This document shows, one piece after another, positions 34,701 through 50,315 of a DNA stretch of 64,000 nt; positions within the stretch are counted from its first letter, which is position 1; the number at the start of each line of letters is the position of its first letter. The position numbers were made by a program, and so were the translations under genes. The notes below the pieces were generated by a model that was not told the DNA's origin, did not search any database, and saw only the letters and a list, made by a program, of their open reading frames with translations. The stretch is from Camelus ferus (lineage: Eukaryota): contig NC_045701.1 in the NCBI RefSeq assembly GCF_009834535.1, forward strand, positions 32,426,001-32,490,000. The letters are read 5' to 3'.

Positions 34701-37700
34701 CACCCCGACCTTGCCCAGCTACCCCCGGACTCTGAGGACCCTGCGGCCAGGCCTCTTGGAGCCGCCACTGCCTCCGCTCCAGAAGAAGAGGCGCCGAGGC
34801 CTGTTTCACTTTCGCCGGCCTCGGAGCTTCAAGGGGGACAGGGGGCCAGGGTCCCCCACTACCGGCCTCCTCCTCCCTCCACCCCCGCCCCCACCCCCGA
34901 CTCAGGAGAGTCCCCCCAGCCCAGATCCCCCCAGCCTCGGCAATAACTCCTCCCCCTGCTGGAGCCCAGAGGAGGAGAGCGGCCTCCTCCCTGCATTTGG
35001 CGGGGGCCGGGGGCCTTCCTTCCACAGGAAGACGGTAAGTGAGGCCGGGGGTGCTGAGTCTTCCTGGTTTTGCTGTCCCACACATAGCCCATCCGCCCAC
35101 CCCACCCCAGGCCATTGATGGGAGAATGCTAGGACTTGGGGTTCAGGGGAACTTCGTCATCCCAAATCCCTGCTTCTTGAGAGTTCCTTGGGCTAAGCCT
35201 GCCCACCCAGAGCAGAGCATGCTGGGAGTCCAGCATGCACATGAGGGCAGCGGAAAGACTCCTCAGAGGGTCTGGGTAGGGCTTCCCCCAGGGAAGGGGG
35301 AAGGGCTTGGGTGGGGGGCACTCCCCATCCCTTGCTGCCTGTGGAGCCCCTTCTTCATCAGGACCTGCTTCCAAACCTGAAACTTTGTTCCAGGGCACCG
35401 AGGGGGCGGAGCCTGGGGAGGGGGGCCAGGCCCCTGGGGCAGCACAGCAGCCAAGGGTCCACGGCATTGCCCTTCCTGGATTGGGAAGAGCCAAGGGTTG
35501 GAGCTTCGACGGGAAACGAGAGGTGAGGGGAGTCACGGCAGTGAACTGAGGGTCCTGTGAGTCCCTGCCCACCACGCTTTCCTTCCCGCGGCCCTGCAGC
35601 GGGTCGATCAGGGGAGAGAGTTATGCTCTGGCATTAGATGATGTGAGCTGCAGTTCTGTCCCCACACTTGCCAGACAAGTCACTTAACCTTCTGGAGCTT
35701 CTGCTTCCTTGTAAAGTGGGTGTCCTAAAAACACTTACCTCTAGAGCTGTTTCCTAAACTCAGGTGACTCGATTACCACCTTTATGACTGCTTTTGAACT
35801 TCTCCACATACCACGGCATCATTTACATAGTATTTTTATTTAAGTCAACTCACCTTTTTAAACTTAGACTGGACTGAAGCATCTTCAAAACCACAGGCTG
35901 GCTGTGCTAGTCATGTCTTTGCTACCCCATATAAAATAAACACATAACTATTAAATAACAGTATGTTCATTCGGGTAAACCATTTCTCATGCCCCTAGGG
36001 GTGGTATGGGTGCCACTCTTTTGGGAAAAAGTGTCCAAGTGTCTAGGGACTAATGATATGAGATGCTAGAGCAGAAGCCCCTTGCTAACTGCGGTCCCCA
36101 CACAGAGGGGACTTTTTTTATGACCTGACTCAGCTGTCCTTTCAGGGCACAGGCCCAGACCTGGAGGGCAGTGTCCAGGCTTGGCAGAAACGGCGCTCTT
36201 CAGATGATGCAGGTGAGAATGGTTGCCTCTCACTTTCTTCCTTTGACTCCGCTGTCCAGACCTCTCCTAACATGCTTTTTCCCCTTTCCCCTTTCCCCCT
36301 ACCTCCACTCCAGGCCCTGGAGCCTGGAAGCCCCCACCACCACCCCAAAGCACCAAGCCAAGCTTCAGTGCCATGCGCCGAGCAGAGGCCACGTGGCACA
36401 TAGGTATGGAGAGCCTCTTCTCAGGCAGCAGCTCTGAAGGCCCGGGGTGTGTCCAAAGAGACGGAAGCCATGACCCTGCACTGGGGAATTTACAACCCAG
36501 GTGGGGCTGTAAGAAGTCAACACAGTGAAACTGCTTCAGGATATTTACAAAGCTGCACCCAAAAGAAACAACTTAATCCAAAGAGAGGTCCCGCAGAACA
36601 AAAGTGGCTTTGCCAGGCTTAGCAGACAGGAGCAATGCTTTGTGAATGCTTCTGGGGAATTCTCTAGGTCAGGGGCCATCAGCAGAATGGTGCCTCTATA
36701 AAGAAGGCCTCTCTCTGCACCCCAGCTGGGGAAAGGGTGGGCAGTACTAGCCATGCCAGGCCCACCTCAAACATTCCAGTCTCCTCCAAGAAGAGTTCAC
36801 CATCCTCCATTCACTCTGAAAATGCCACCCAGAAGAGGCAAGAACCTCGCCTTGGTGGCCAGAAACCCCAGGTGTTAGTCCTCAGCCACCACCCGCGGTA
36901 TTGACCTCAAACAAGTCATTTACCTTCCGGAATAACGGATGACAGGGATCAGAGTAAGACGCGTCCTCTCTGCTGGGTTCAGAGCACCTTTCACTTAGGG
37001 AGCTGCTAAAGGAAAGCTGGTCAGCTTGGCATCAGCCTCAGTTTCCACAGGCCTGGAATGTGATCTTCCACCAAGACTGACAGGGACAAATTTCCCCAGA
37101 GAGGTAGACACTCCCTTCCCTCCTCCACCCCCACCACACAGCTAGGGCATAAGGACTGGGTGAGAGCAGGGCTGGCCCGGGGCTTGGCAATGCCTGTGCT
37201 TCTGCCCCATCCTACAAGGCCTACCCAGCGCTGCAGGCATCTTCTCTGATTATCCCATCTCACACATTGACTAGTTAAGACACCTGAAGCGGGGCTCCAT
37301 CCTTCACTGAGGAGATCACAGTAGTCAGGTCTCCCAGTGCACACACCTCCGGCCGGCGCCTTCCACATCTTCCTCCCCCGCACCTCACAGATACACATGC
37401 AGACAACCCCTTCCACGTGGCACATTCTCAGGCTCAGGTTGTGTAAAGCCACAGAGGCGGGGTGGTGGGGGTGGGGTGAGGGCGCCAGGCACCTCTCCTC
37501 CAGATTCACCATCTAAATCAGACTGGCAGAGGGTCCCAGGAATGCCAGGCTGCAGCCATACCCTTCAACCCAGCAGGCCCAGGCAGGCCCTGGCTCTGTC
37601 CCTGCTCTCCAAGAGGGTCAGCCTGACCCAGGCCCCCTCCAGAGGTGACAGGCTCAGGAGGATACTGGGGACCAAGGGCTAAGGAAACAGTGGGAGCAGA

Positions 37701-38643
37701 AGGGGACAGCCAAGGCAGAGACAGGAGCAAATGGGTGTGGAGGGGGAGAGCCCTGGCCTCCACAGCTTCAGGGGCCAGGGAGGGTTATGCAAGAATGCCC
37801 TTTCCTGCAGTTTCTCCTCTCTTCCCATTCCCCAGCTGAGGAGAGCGCGCCCAACCACAGCTGCCAGAGCCCCAGCCCAGCCTGCCAAGACGGGGAGGAA
37901 GAGAAAGATGGGGCCATATTCCCGGAGAGGACAGTTTCTGCTAGGAATGCCAAGGTGAGGGCCAGCAGGGCTGTGGGGAAGACACTGTGACAAGGCCAAA
38001 GAGCTAACTAACTGACCCAGCATCTTCCTTCTTCTGCCAGCTGCAGGACCCCCCTTTAGCCCCACGGCCCCCCAGGCCAGTGGCTGTGCCCAGGGGCCGT
38101 CGCCCTCCCCAGGAACCAGGGGGCCAGGAGGAGACTGAGGCTGGGGGTGCAGCCCCAGGAGTGAACAAACCCCGCCTGAGGCTGGGCTCACAACAGGACC
38201 AAGAGGAGCCTGAGGTCCAAGGTCTGCCATCTGGCAGGAGTGGGGCACGGGGCACATCTGGGGCCTTGCTGCACACATTGGGCACAGGATGAGTGACAGA
38301 CAGCCAGGAGTCACAGCCTGGATGAGTACCCAGCCTGTGAGCCCCACTCATTTGCCAGGCCTACCTTGATTGTCATTTCAGGGCCCCCGGATCCGGGCCG
38401 CCGGACCGCCCCCCTGAAGCCCAAGAGGACACGGCGGGCACAGTCCTGTGACAAGCTGGAGCCTGATAGAAGACGGCCCCCTGACCCCACAGGTGCCACA
38501 GGGGTGGGCAAGAGGGTGATCCCCCTTCCCACTCATTCAGCTGACAGAGCAGCCCCCAGCGGGGCGGCTGACTCTCCCTGCCCAGAAAACAGGGCTCCCT
38601 GGATCTATCCCCAGCAGGAACCAGTGAGCCAGGAACAGACTGA
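22268..38643 (+). CDS. CARMIL3: Capping protein regulator and myosin 1 linker 3 (LRRC16B), 40 exons, about 1372-1373 aa
   Basis: Exons 22268-22307, 23761-23855, 24161-24211, 24315-24374, 24460-24575, 24792-24889, 25129-25199, 25301-25374, 25610-25685, 25763-25851, [exon 11 inferred in gap 26273-26428], 26625-26711, 26922-27031, 27181-27258, 27793-27869, 27951-28055, 28151-28220, 28692-28773, 28901-28997, 29143-29197, 29277-(gap), 29704-29772, 29995-30088, 30179-30277, 30712-30840, 31019-31132, 31579-31754, 32560-32647, 32789-32926, 33213-33276, 33394-33602, 34007/34010-34110, 34719-35034, 35394-35522, 36146-36212, 36314-36403, 37836-37954, 38041-38221, 38382-38492, 38618-38643. PH-like N-terminus, LRRs, CPI motif ([13 protein letters not shown]), basic membrane-binding patch [18 protein letters not shown]-terminus TSEPGTD*. 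Confidence 0.97.
26273..26428. other. CARMIL3: Assembly gap (156 N) hiding CARMIL3 exon 11
   Basis: Exon 10 ends in phase 2 and exon 12 starts in phase 1, so an intervening exon is needed. None is visible outside the gap. Confidence 0.85.
29292..29471. other. CARMIL3: Assembly gap (180 N) hiding most of CARMIL3 exon 21
   Basis: The exon begins SLQSL at 29277 and runs into Ns. Confidence 0.9.
35745..36033. mobile_element. Non-autonomous hAT-type DNA transposon remnant in a CARMIL3 intron
   Basis: AT-rich block bounded by Charlie-like termini ctgtttcctaaac ... tttgggaaaaagtg. Confidence 0.45.
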
Positions 38644-38925
38644 CAGCCGCTGCGGCACCCTCCCCAGCCCTCCTCTCGACATGTGCCTCACAAGGACTCG
38701 GACCCCCTCCCCTCCAGGCCCCTCTGCCAGCCCTTGTCCCACAGGATGGCAGGATGAGGCACGGGGGACAGGAGGCGGGGGACAGGAAGGGAGGGAGCAA
38801 CCTGGAGAGACGGAGGCTCTCAATGCCTTGCTCCCTCTGCAGAGCTTAGGAGTGGGGGCTGTCTCCTCTCCTGGGAGGGTGGATCTGTCCCTCTATCCCC
38901 AGGGGCTCTCTCTCCACTTGTATAG

Positions 38926-38931
38926 AATAAA
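38926..38931 (+). terminator. CARMIL3: CARMIL3 polyadenylation signal (AATAAA)
   Basis: AATAAA about 280 nt after the TGA, with downstream U/GU-rich sequence. Confidence 0.75.
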
Positions 38932-40766
38932 AAACCAAAATCACTGCCTGCCTGAGTCTTTGCTGTCTTCCCTGTTCACTGCTCCCACTCCCCAGCTGCT
39001 GCTCCCCTTCCCTGAAACCCCCACAGTGGGGAAAAGTGGGGAACACCCCCCAGGGATGGGGCTGGGGCTCTGAGGGGAGAAGCAGGAAAAACCAGAGAGC
39101 TGCTGGACAGGAGGGGTCTGAGAAGAGCCGGGTGGGTGTTGCATGCAGGATGTGAGCTGAGCTCAGCTGGAGAAGGGGCCAAAATGGCAGAAACCAACAC
39201 AAGTGTGTGTCTGGCTTTAGGGGGTGCTGTGGGATTGGGAAGATCCCAGTATACCAGAAGGAGATTGGGGACCACTGTGTGTGTGTGTGGGTGTGTGTGT
39301 GTGTGTTACGCACAGGCAGGCTCACTAATGGTGGAATTAAATGGTGGTGTGTCATCCTGGGGGCACCATCAATAGTCAGAAATCTCAACAGTAGGGTAGC
39401 CTGCAGGTGAGCAGAAGTGCCTATGGCGGGAGATCAATGACTCAAATTAATGGTTTCCCATTGATAAATACTAACAAATCCTAGCTCGGCATTCAGGTCT
39501 CCGCCCAAGAGCCTCTTCCTCTGTGAAGCCCTTCCTGATGCTTCCCTAGACTCATCCAAATTGAGTCCTTCCTCTTTGTGGCCCACCAAATCCTGAATAG
39601 GTCCATACTTTACCACTGTCATACCTCACCTGTGTATTGGCTGATCATCTCTGTGAGGCTTTTGTTCTATATACATGCACCTGCCCCAGGGGCAGGAGCA
39701 GTGTCTTAATCACCTGTGTAGCCCCAGCCCCTGGCACAGTGCCTGGCACCCAGGAGATGCTCAATAAATGGCTGCTACCTTAATACACGAGCAGCTTCGG
39801 GGATGGAGGGTGAAGATGTCTTGGTGACCCCCCCCCCCTTGCGTACTCACCGTGTACCCAAATGCCTTCACATGTGATGTGCAGCTCCCTGGGCAACTTC
39901 TTACTTCTCCTAGTCTCACTAGGGAATGACTAACGTCTTGTTTCCTCCAGATCTGTGTGTGGCACAGCCCCTCCCACAAGGATGTCACCATATGGGTTGA
40001 ATCTGGGGTGGAGGGGTCAGTCGTGGGCACCCGGAAAGTACCTCGGAAACCAGTTCTTCAGCACATCTTCGCACTGGGAAGCCCCTGTCCTTCAGGATGT
40101 GGCACTGTGTGCCGTTAAGCCATCGTGTCCATTTCCTTGGATCTCTCTGTTAAAAGGTGATTAGGAAACTTTGAAGTCTCAAAGCTATGAGGATCAGTGA
40201 GGTACATGATGGTTTTTAAGGAGCACGTGAAGATCTCCATTCTGTTGTATTCGGGTTGGTTCTAGTGAGTGAGTGAATGTATGTGTGTGTGACAAGTATA
40301 GCCCAGTGTTCTTTTACACGTGACTGCAACTGTCCTTAACAAATGCGGTATGGAGAGTGTTGTGAGACTGGGTGTGTTTCCCTGTGTGTATCCGTAGGGC
40401 TGTAACTGTCATGGTGTCACAGTGAGTTTATGCGCTGGCACCTGCACGTGTCAAGATATGTGTGAGCCTGTGAGCCGTGGGTGCATGTGTCTCCATCATT
40501 TCCCGGCATGAAAGTATGTGTGCGCACGCACCACCGCAATGTGTGCATCTCAGTGATGCTGGGTGTGGGTGTGGCATGAAGGGGAAGATGTGTGTCACTG
40601 TGTCTGCAGGGGTCCAGCCTCTGAGCCATCCCTAGCCTGCCCTCCTCCCCCGGCTCTGTGGCTCCCTCCTAAGCAGTGGCCCTGCCCCTCCCCTCTTCTC
40701 CCTCCTAACTGGTCTATGAAGGGGGAGCTGGTGCTGCGGCCCCCCCACCCCTCCCCATCCAGGCCC

Positions 40767-40882
40767 CATAAATAGCAGCAGAGTCGGAGCCGGAGCCAGA
40801 GCCAGCGCCAGCGGCTGGAGCAGCAAAGGAGTCAGGGCCAGGGGCAGAGAGCCGGAGAGAGGAGCCCCCGACTAGAGCCCAG
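40767..40882 (+). promoter_or_regulatory. CPNE6: CPNE6 TATA-like box and non-coding exon 1
   Basis: CATAAATA at 40767-40774. Strong donor CAG|GTGAGC after 40882. The next exon (from 42150) carries the ATG. Confidence 0.7.
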
Positions 40883-42153
40883 GTGAGCACCCCTTCCTCC
40901 CTAGCCCAGCCCCAGCCCAGCCCAGCCTGGCCCAGTCTCCATAACAACATCTCCCCCAGCCTCCAGAGAGGTCACCAGTCCTGCCCGATACCCTCACAAT
41001 CACATGCCCCTACCCAGTTCAGGGGACCTGTGAGAGCTGGGAGACTTGTGGTCGGAAGGCAGAATCCCCCCAACCCAGACCCTCCCTCACTCATCCAGAA
41101 AGGCACATGATGCGGGGAGGGGGTACCCAGCCAGGGAAGGGTCCGGGTTCTGAGGGAGGTACGGGAACTGTCATACCCTCCTGGAGACGGACACCCAACT
41201 AGGGGACAGACACAGGAGTGGGGGCATTCAGACACACACACTCCGGGGAAGCACAACACAGGATCAGACAGCCTCACCCTGAGATGTGGGCAGACACAGA
41301 TAGATGAACGGACCAGCCATGAGCTTGGGCCAGAGGACCCCTGCCTGCTGCTGCCCGAGGCTTGTTACCACTGCTTGGGGGAGGGTGGCGTGCGTGCATC
41401 CCACGGGCAGCATGGAGGGGGCTGCAGCTCCCCAAAAATCCTGTCGCTAAGAGACAGTGCCAGTGTTGCCAAGAAGTGTGAGAACAGGGGAGGTGGGGAG
41501 GGAAACCAGAGTTGTCATAGTGGGAGCCACTGCCAGGAACCGGGAACAGATTTCATCAGCGACCAGGCTCTGCTTCTAACTCTGCAAGCCCACCACCTCC
41601 CCTTTTCTATCAGCCAACCAGAAGGTGAGTCAGAGGAGGTAGACGGGGACAGCCCTGCAGGGCACCTTCCCACCTGCCTCCTCTGCCCACCACAGTCTCC
41701 ATTCCTGACCTCTTCAGACTTCCAGGGGCCCCTCCACCCCCTTCCCCACCCCCTTGCCCCAGTTCAGCTCCCTTGAGCCAAGGCTGAGTGCAGCGCTGGC
41801 TCAAACATCAGCCGGGAAATAGCAGAAGATGCTGAGATAGCAGAAAATGTGGATCAATCGATGGTCTGGGAGCCAAGGCTGCCAGGAACCCCCCCAGCCA
41901 TACAGCCCTCTCCAGCCCCATCCACACATACTAGGCCATCAGGGATGACAGGAGCACTGAGCTGTGCAGGAGTGGGAGGCTCATGTCCTCCACTCTCCCT
42001 GGCTCAGAGCTCCAGGGTCAGAGCGAAGCCAGTCCACGGGATGCCAGGGCCTCAGGAAGCAGGGCAAGGGCTTGGGGCCCAGAGACAGACCCTCTCTCCT
42101 GACAGGTAGTCCCCTTCCAGTGTCCAGGCCATCTGCTCTGTCCCCACAGTGAC

Positions 42154-47249
<5,096 letters not shown>

Positions 47250-47559
47250 CTGCCACCCACTGGGCCAACACTCCCTCGGCCTCTGGGTGAGTCCTGGGAC
47301 ACTAGGGGATGCAAGGGGGGACTTGGTAGAGTCCGTCTCGGCTGGATGTAGTGTAGATGAGGGTGCTTACGACTCTCCCGCACTCTCGCAGGTGCCTGCT
47401 CTGACCCTTGTGATTCAAGTGACCAGTGCCTCTCCCTCTTGGACCAGCTGTGCCCCCTGAGTGAGTGGTGAGCCCTGCCCCATCTCTCCAGGCCCCTCAG
47501 CCTCTCGGCCTTGTCACCCCTCAGTGACTTTCTTCAGTGATCCTGACTTTCTGACCATT

Positions 47560-47565
47560 AATAAA
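47560..47565 (+). terminator. CPNE6: CPNE6 polyadenylation signal (AATAAA)
   Basis: AATAAA about 310 nt downstream of the stop. Confidence 0.75.
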
Positions 47566-48017
47566 GGGAACCACTCCTAGCACCTCAGCCTCTATCCATC
47601 ATGCCTCAGATGCCCACTGGGTGGTCCATAGCACCCCACACACACCATTAAGATATGAGGACCAGCACGTTTCCAATTCTGGGCCAGAGCTCCCCAGGCT
47701 GCCTGATGTCTCTGCAGTTTCACCGCAACCGTGTGCCAATGAGATCTAAGGAGTCCCTACCCTCACCTCCCAACCCCAGGAGGCCCAGGCTCCCTGGGGG
47801 TTAATTACCAGAGATGGAGGGGTAATAAGTGGCTGTCAAGGGGCCAAGTTGATGCCCTCTTAAGCTGTCTCCAAAGGGGCTGAACTCCAGCCCCCACACA
47901 GCTGTGGGGCAGGCTGAGAAGGGGCGGGGAGGGCGGAACTGAAGGGGGACAACACGTCTGCTAGTGAATTATGAATACAGAAGGGGTATCTAAGGCCTGT
48001 GCAGCCTGGTTTTCCTG

Positions 48018-48069
48018 GTGTGTATGTGTGTATGCGTGTGTGTGTGTGCACGCGTGCGTGCATGCGTAT
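48018..48069. repeat. 52-bp alternating purine-pyrimidine tract
   Basis: gtgtgtatgtgtgtatgcgtgtgtgtgtgtgcacgcgtgcgtgcatgcgtat. Confidence 0.85.
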
Positions 48070-49376
48070 TCATGCACTACATATCTCTGACTCTCTAGGA
48101 TTGTGGCCTTAGTGGTTCAGGAAGACCAGCTGTGTACTCTTAAGAGCATTAACAAGAGCAAATATTACCGTTTAGCATGTGTGAAGCTTTGTGCTTAGTG
48201 CTTTAAACATATCCACTCTTAGTAGGTAATTACCATTATTTTCCCCATTTTTTTAACAAAGCAAATGAGGCTTCACTGAAGCTCACCCGTGATTAAAGAA
48301 GAACTGGTAGCCCTGGAACTTGAGCCCAGGCCCATCTGACTAAAAGCCCTCTGTCTTAATCATAAGTGTGCAACTTCTGTTGGAGGTGTATCTATGTGAC
48401 CCTCATCATGTGACCTGAGTGTGTGTAAACATGGCCCAATTGTGGGTATGGGTGTAGGTGCCTGTGGATGGGTGTGTCTCTGCGTGTGTGTGCGGGGCCT
48501 CAACCAGTTAAGAAAGGTGGGTACAGTAGTGGGTCTGGATCACAGCTCCAGAGAGCAGGTGAGGATCGGGGAGCTGTCAGAGAGAGAGAAGAAGAATTGG
48601 GCTCCTGGAGGGACCTTCCCAGCCCCAGCCTCTCCCTTCAATGATGTGATTCATGTGGAAAGGGTTGGAGGAGAGGCTAAAGGTGCTAGAGAGAGGAGCC
48701 AGAGCCAAAGAGGATGGCCAGTGGTGGGAAAGGGAGAGGAGAAGAAAAAGAAATCCTGGGGAGATGGAGGAGAGGACTCCCTGAGTGGAGGAGGGACAAG
48801 CTTGGCTAGGGGAGGGGGAGGAGGGAACAAGAACTGGCATGGGAAAAGACAGCTGGGGAGGGGGCGGGTAGAGGGAGTAGAAAGGAAGAGAGACATATGG
48901 GAGCCTCTCCCCCCACACCCAACTGCTTCTCCTCATTTATTATGTCCCTTAGAGGACCTATGACAGTGGCTGCTGAGGTAACTACTCTCAGCCCAGTGCC
49001 TCTGCTCTGCCCAGAGCCCCTGCCCACTCTCTCCATAGGCTGCTGAACTGGAAGCCTGGGTTCCCATGGCAACTGTGAGCCCTCAAGATAGCCATAAGCA
49101 GGCCTGGCCCGGTCACTACTGCTCCTGGGCTCCTTTGCAGTGGAGGTGGGAGGAGGAGGCACCATCTGGCCCAGTCCCCGCCCTTCCACCCCATTTTCAT
49201 TGTGCTTCCAAAACTGAGAGGTTCCACTCAGCCTAAGTGGGGGCTATCCAGTCTCTCTCTCTTCTCTCCCCCGCCCCCACAGGCCTGGAATAAGGGTAAA
49301 GAATGAACAAGAATGAACACTTCTTAAATTGCAAGAACATCTAGCCAGTAGCATAGAGTTCTGCCTGGACTTCAAG

Positions 49377-49382
49377 TTTAAT
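49377..49382 (-). terminator. NRL: Candidate NRL polyadenylation signal (ATTAAA; alternative AATAAA at 48941-48936)
   Basis: Minus-strand hexamers about 0.9 kb and 1.4 kb after the stop. The sequence alone cannot decide between them. Confidence 0.4.
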
Positions 49383-50315
49383 TCACAAAAGCTGCATTCT
49401 CTCAGCTCCTTGTCAGACTAGGGAAAGTCTCACCTCAGCCCGCAGAGAGGCAGGAGGTAGCAGGGGCACCCTATGCAGGTCTGGAGGCCAAGGCAGCATG
49501 GAGGGAGCAACAGAGGACCAGTGCATGGGCTCATCCACCACCTAGGCTGCAGTCAGGAAGCTGGAGTTGGGGGCTTCTCGGGGACACCATTAGGGATCCC
49601 ACCCTGAGATGCCAGAACTGAAAAAGTGTCAGAAGTCATCCAATCCAAATGAGGATTAGATGAGGCAATCAAGACCAGGGAGCAAATGGTTTGCTCAAGG
49701 TGACAGAGGCATCCTGTGGCAGAGCTGAGACTAGGGCCGAGGTCTTCAGACTCCTGTTCGGTGTTCTCTCTGAGCCCACACCCACCACAGGTCTTGTTGC
49801 ATTGGGCCCTGGAGGCCACTGGGTTGGACAGGAAGAGAGCCTCTTGAATAGAGCTCCTGGTCTGCCTTGATATTGGGAATTGAAATGAAAATGCAGTAGT
49901 CCTAAAATGGGGAGGCTACAAGTCTTGGAATGAAAACACAGCCTCATTGCTAATTACCACCTTAATGCACTACAGGTTGAAAACCTTGAATTAAAATCTA
50001 AACTGAGGGAGGAGCTGCACCACTCCCTCACCTCCCATTCACTGTGTCACCCAGCCATCATCCACGCTCCCTTCCCTCGCCCCCATACGCACAGTGCCTG
50101 GCACTGACTCCTGCGGATTTCAGTGTCCTGGTCATGTAGAATGGGGCAGGAGGTGGAAGGTTTCTGTGCACATCCTGTGTGAGGGGACGGGACCCCTTTC
50201 CCAGAAAATGACCAGCATGTAACCCCGGAGTATGCCTTGAGGGTCCAGGAAATTGGGGGATAGTTGTGTGGTCATTCAAAGGAGTGTCTAGCACCAGAAA
50301 GAGCTCAGTAACCAT

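Noticed and set aside
40057-40064. TTCAGCAC, the left half of an RE1/NRSE, upstream of neuronal CPNE6
   Set aside because: No matching GGACAG right half at the proper spacing. A half site alone is not evidence.
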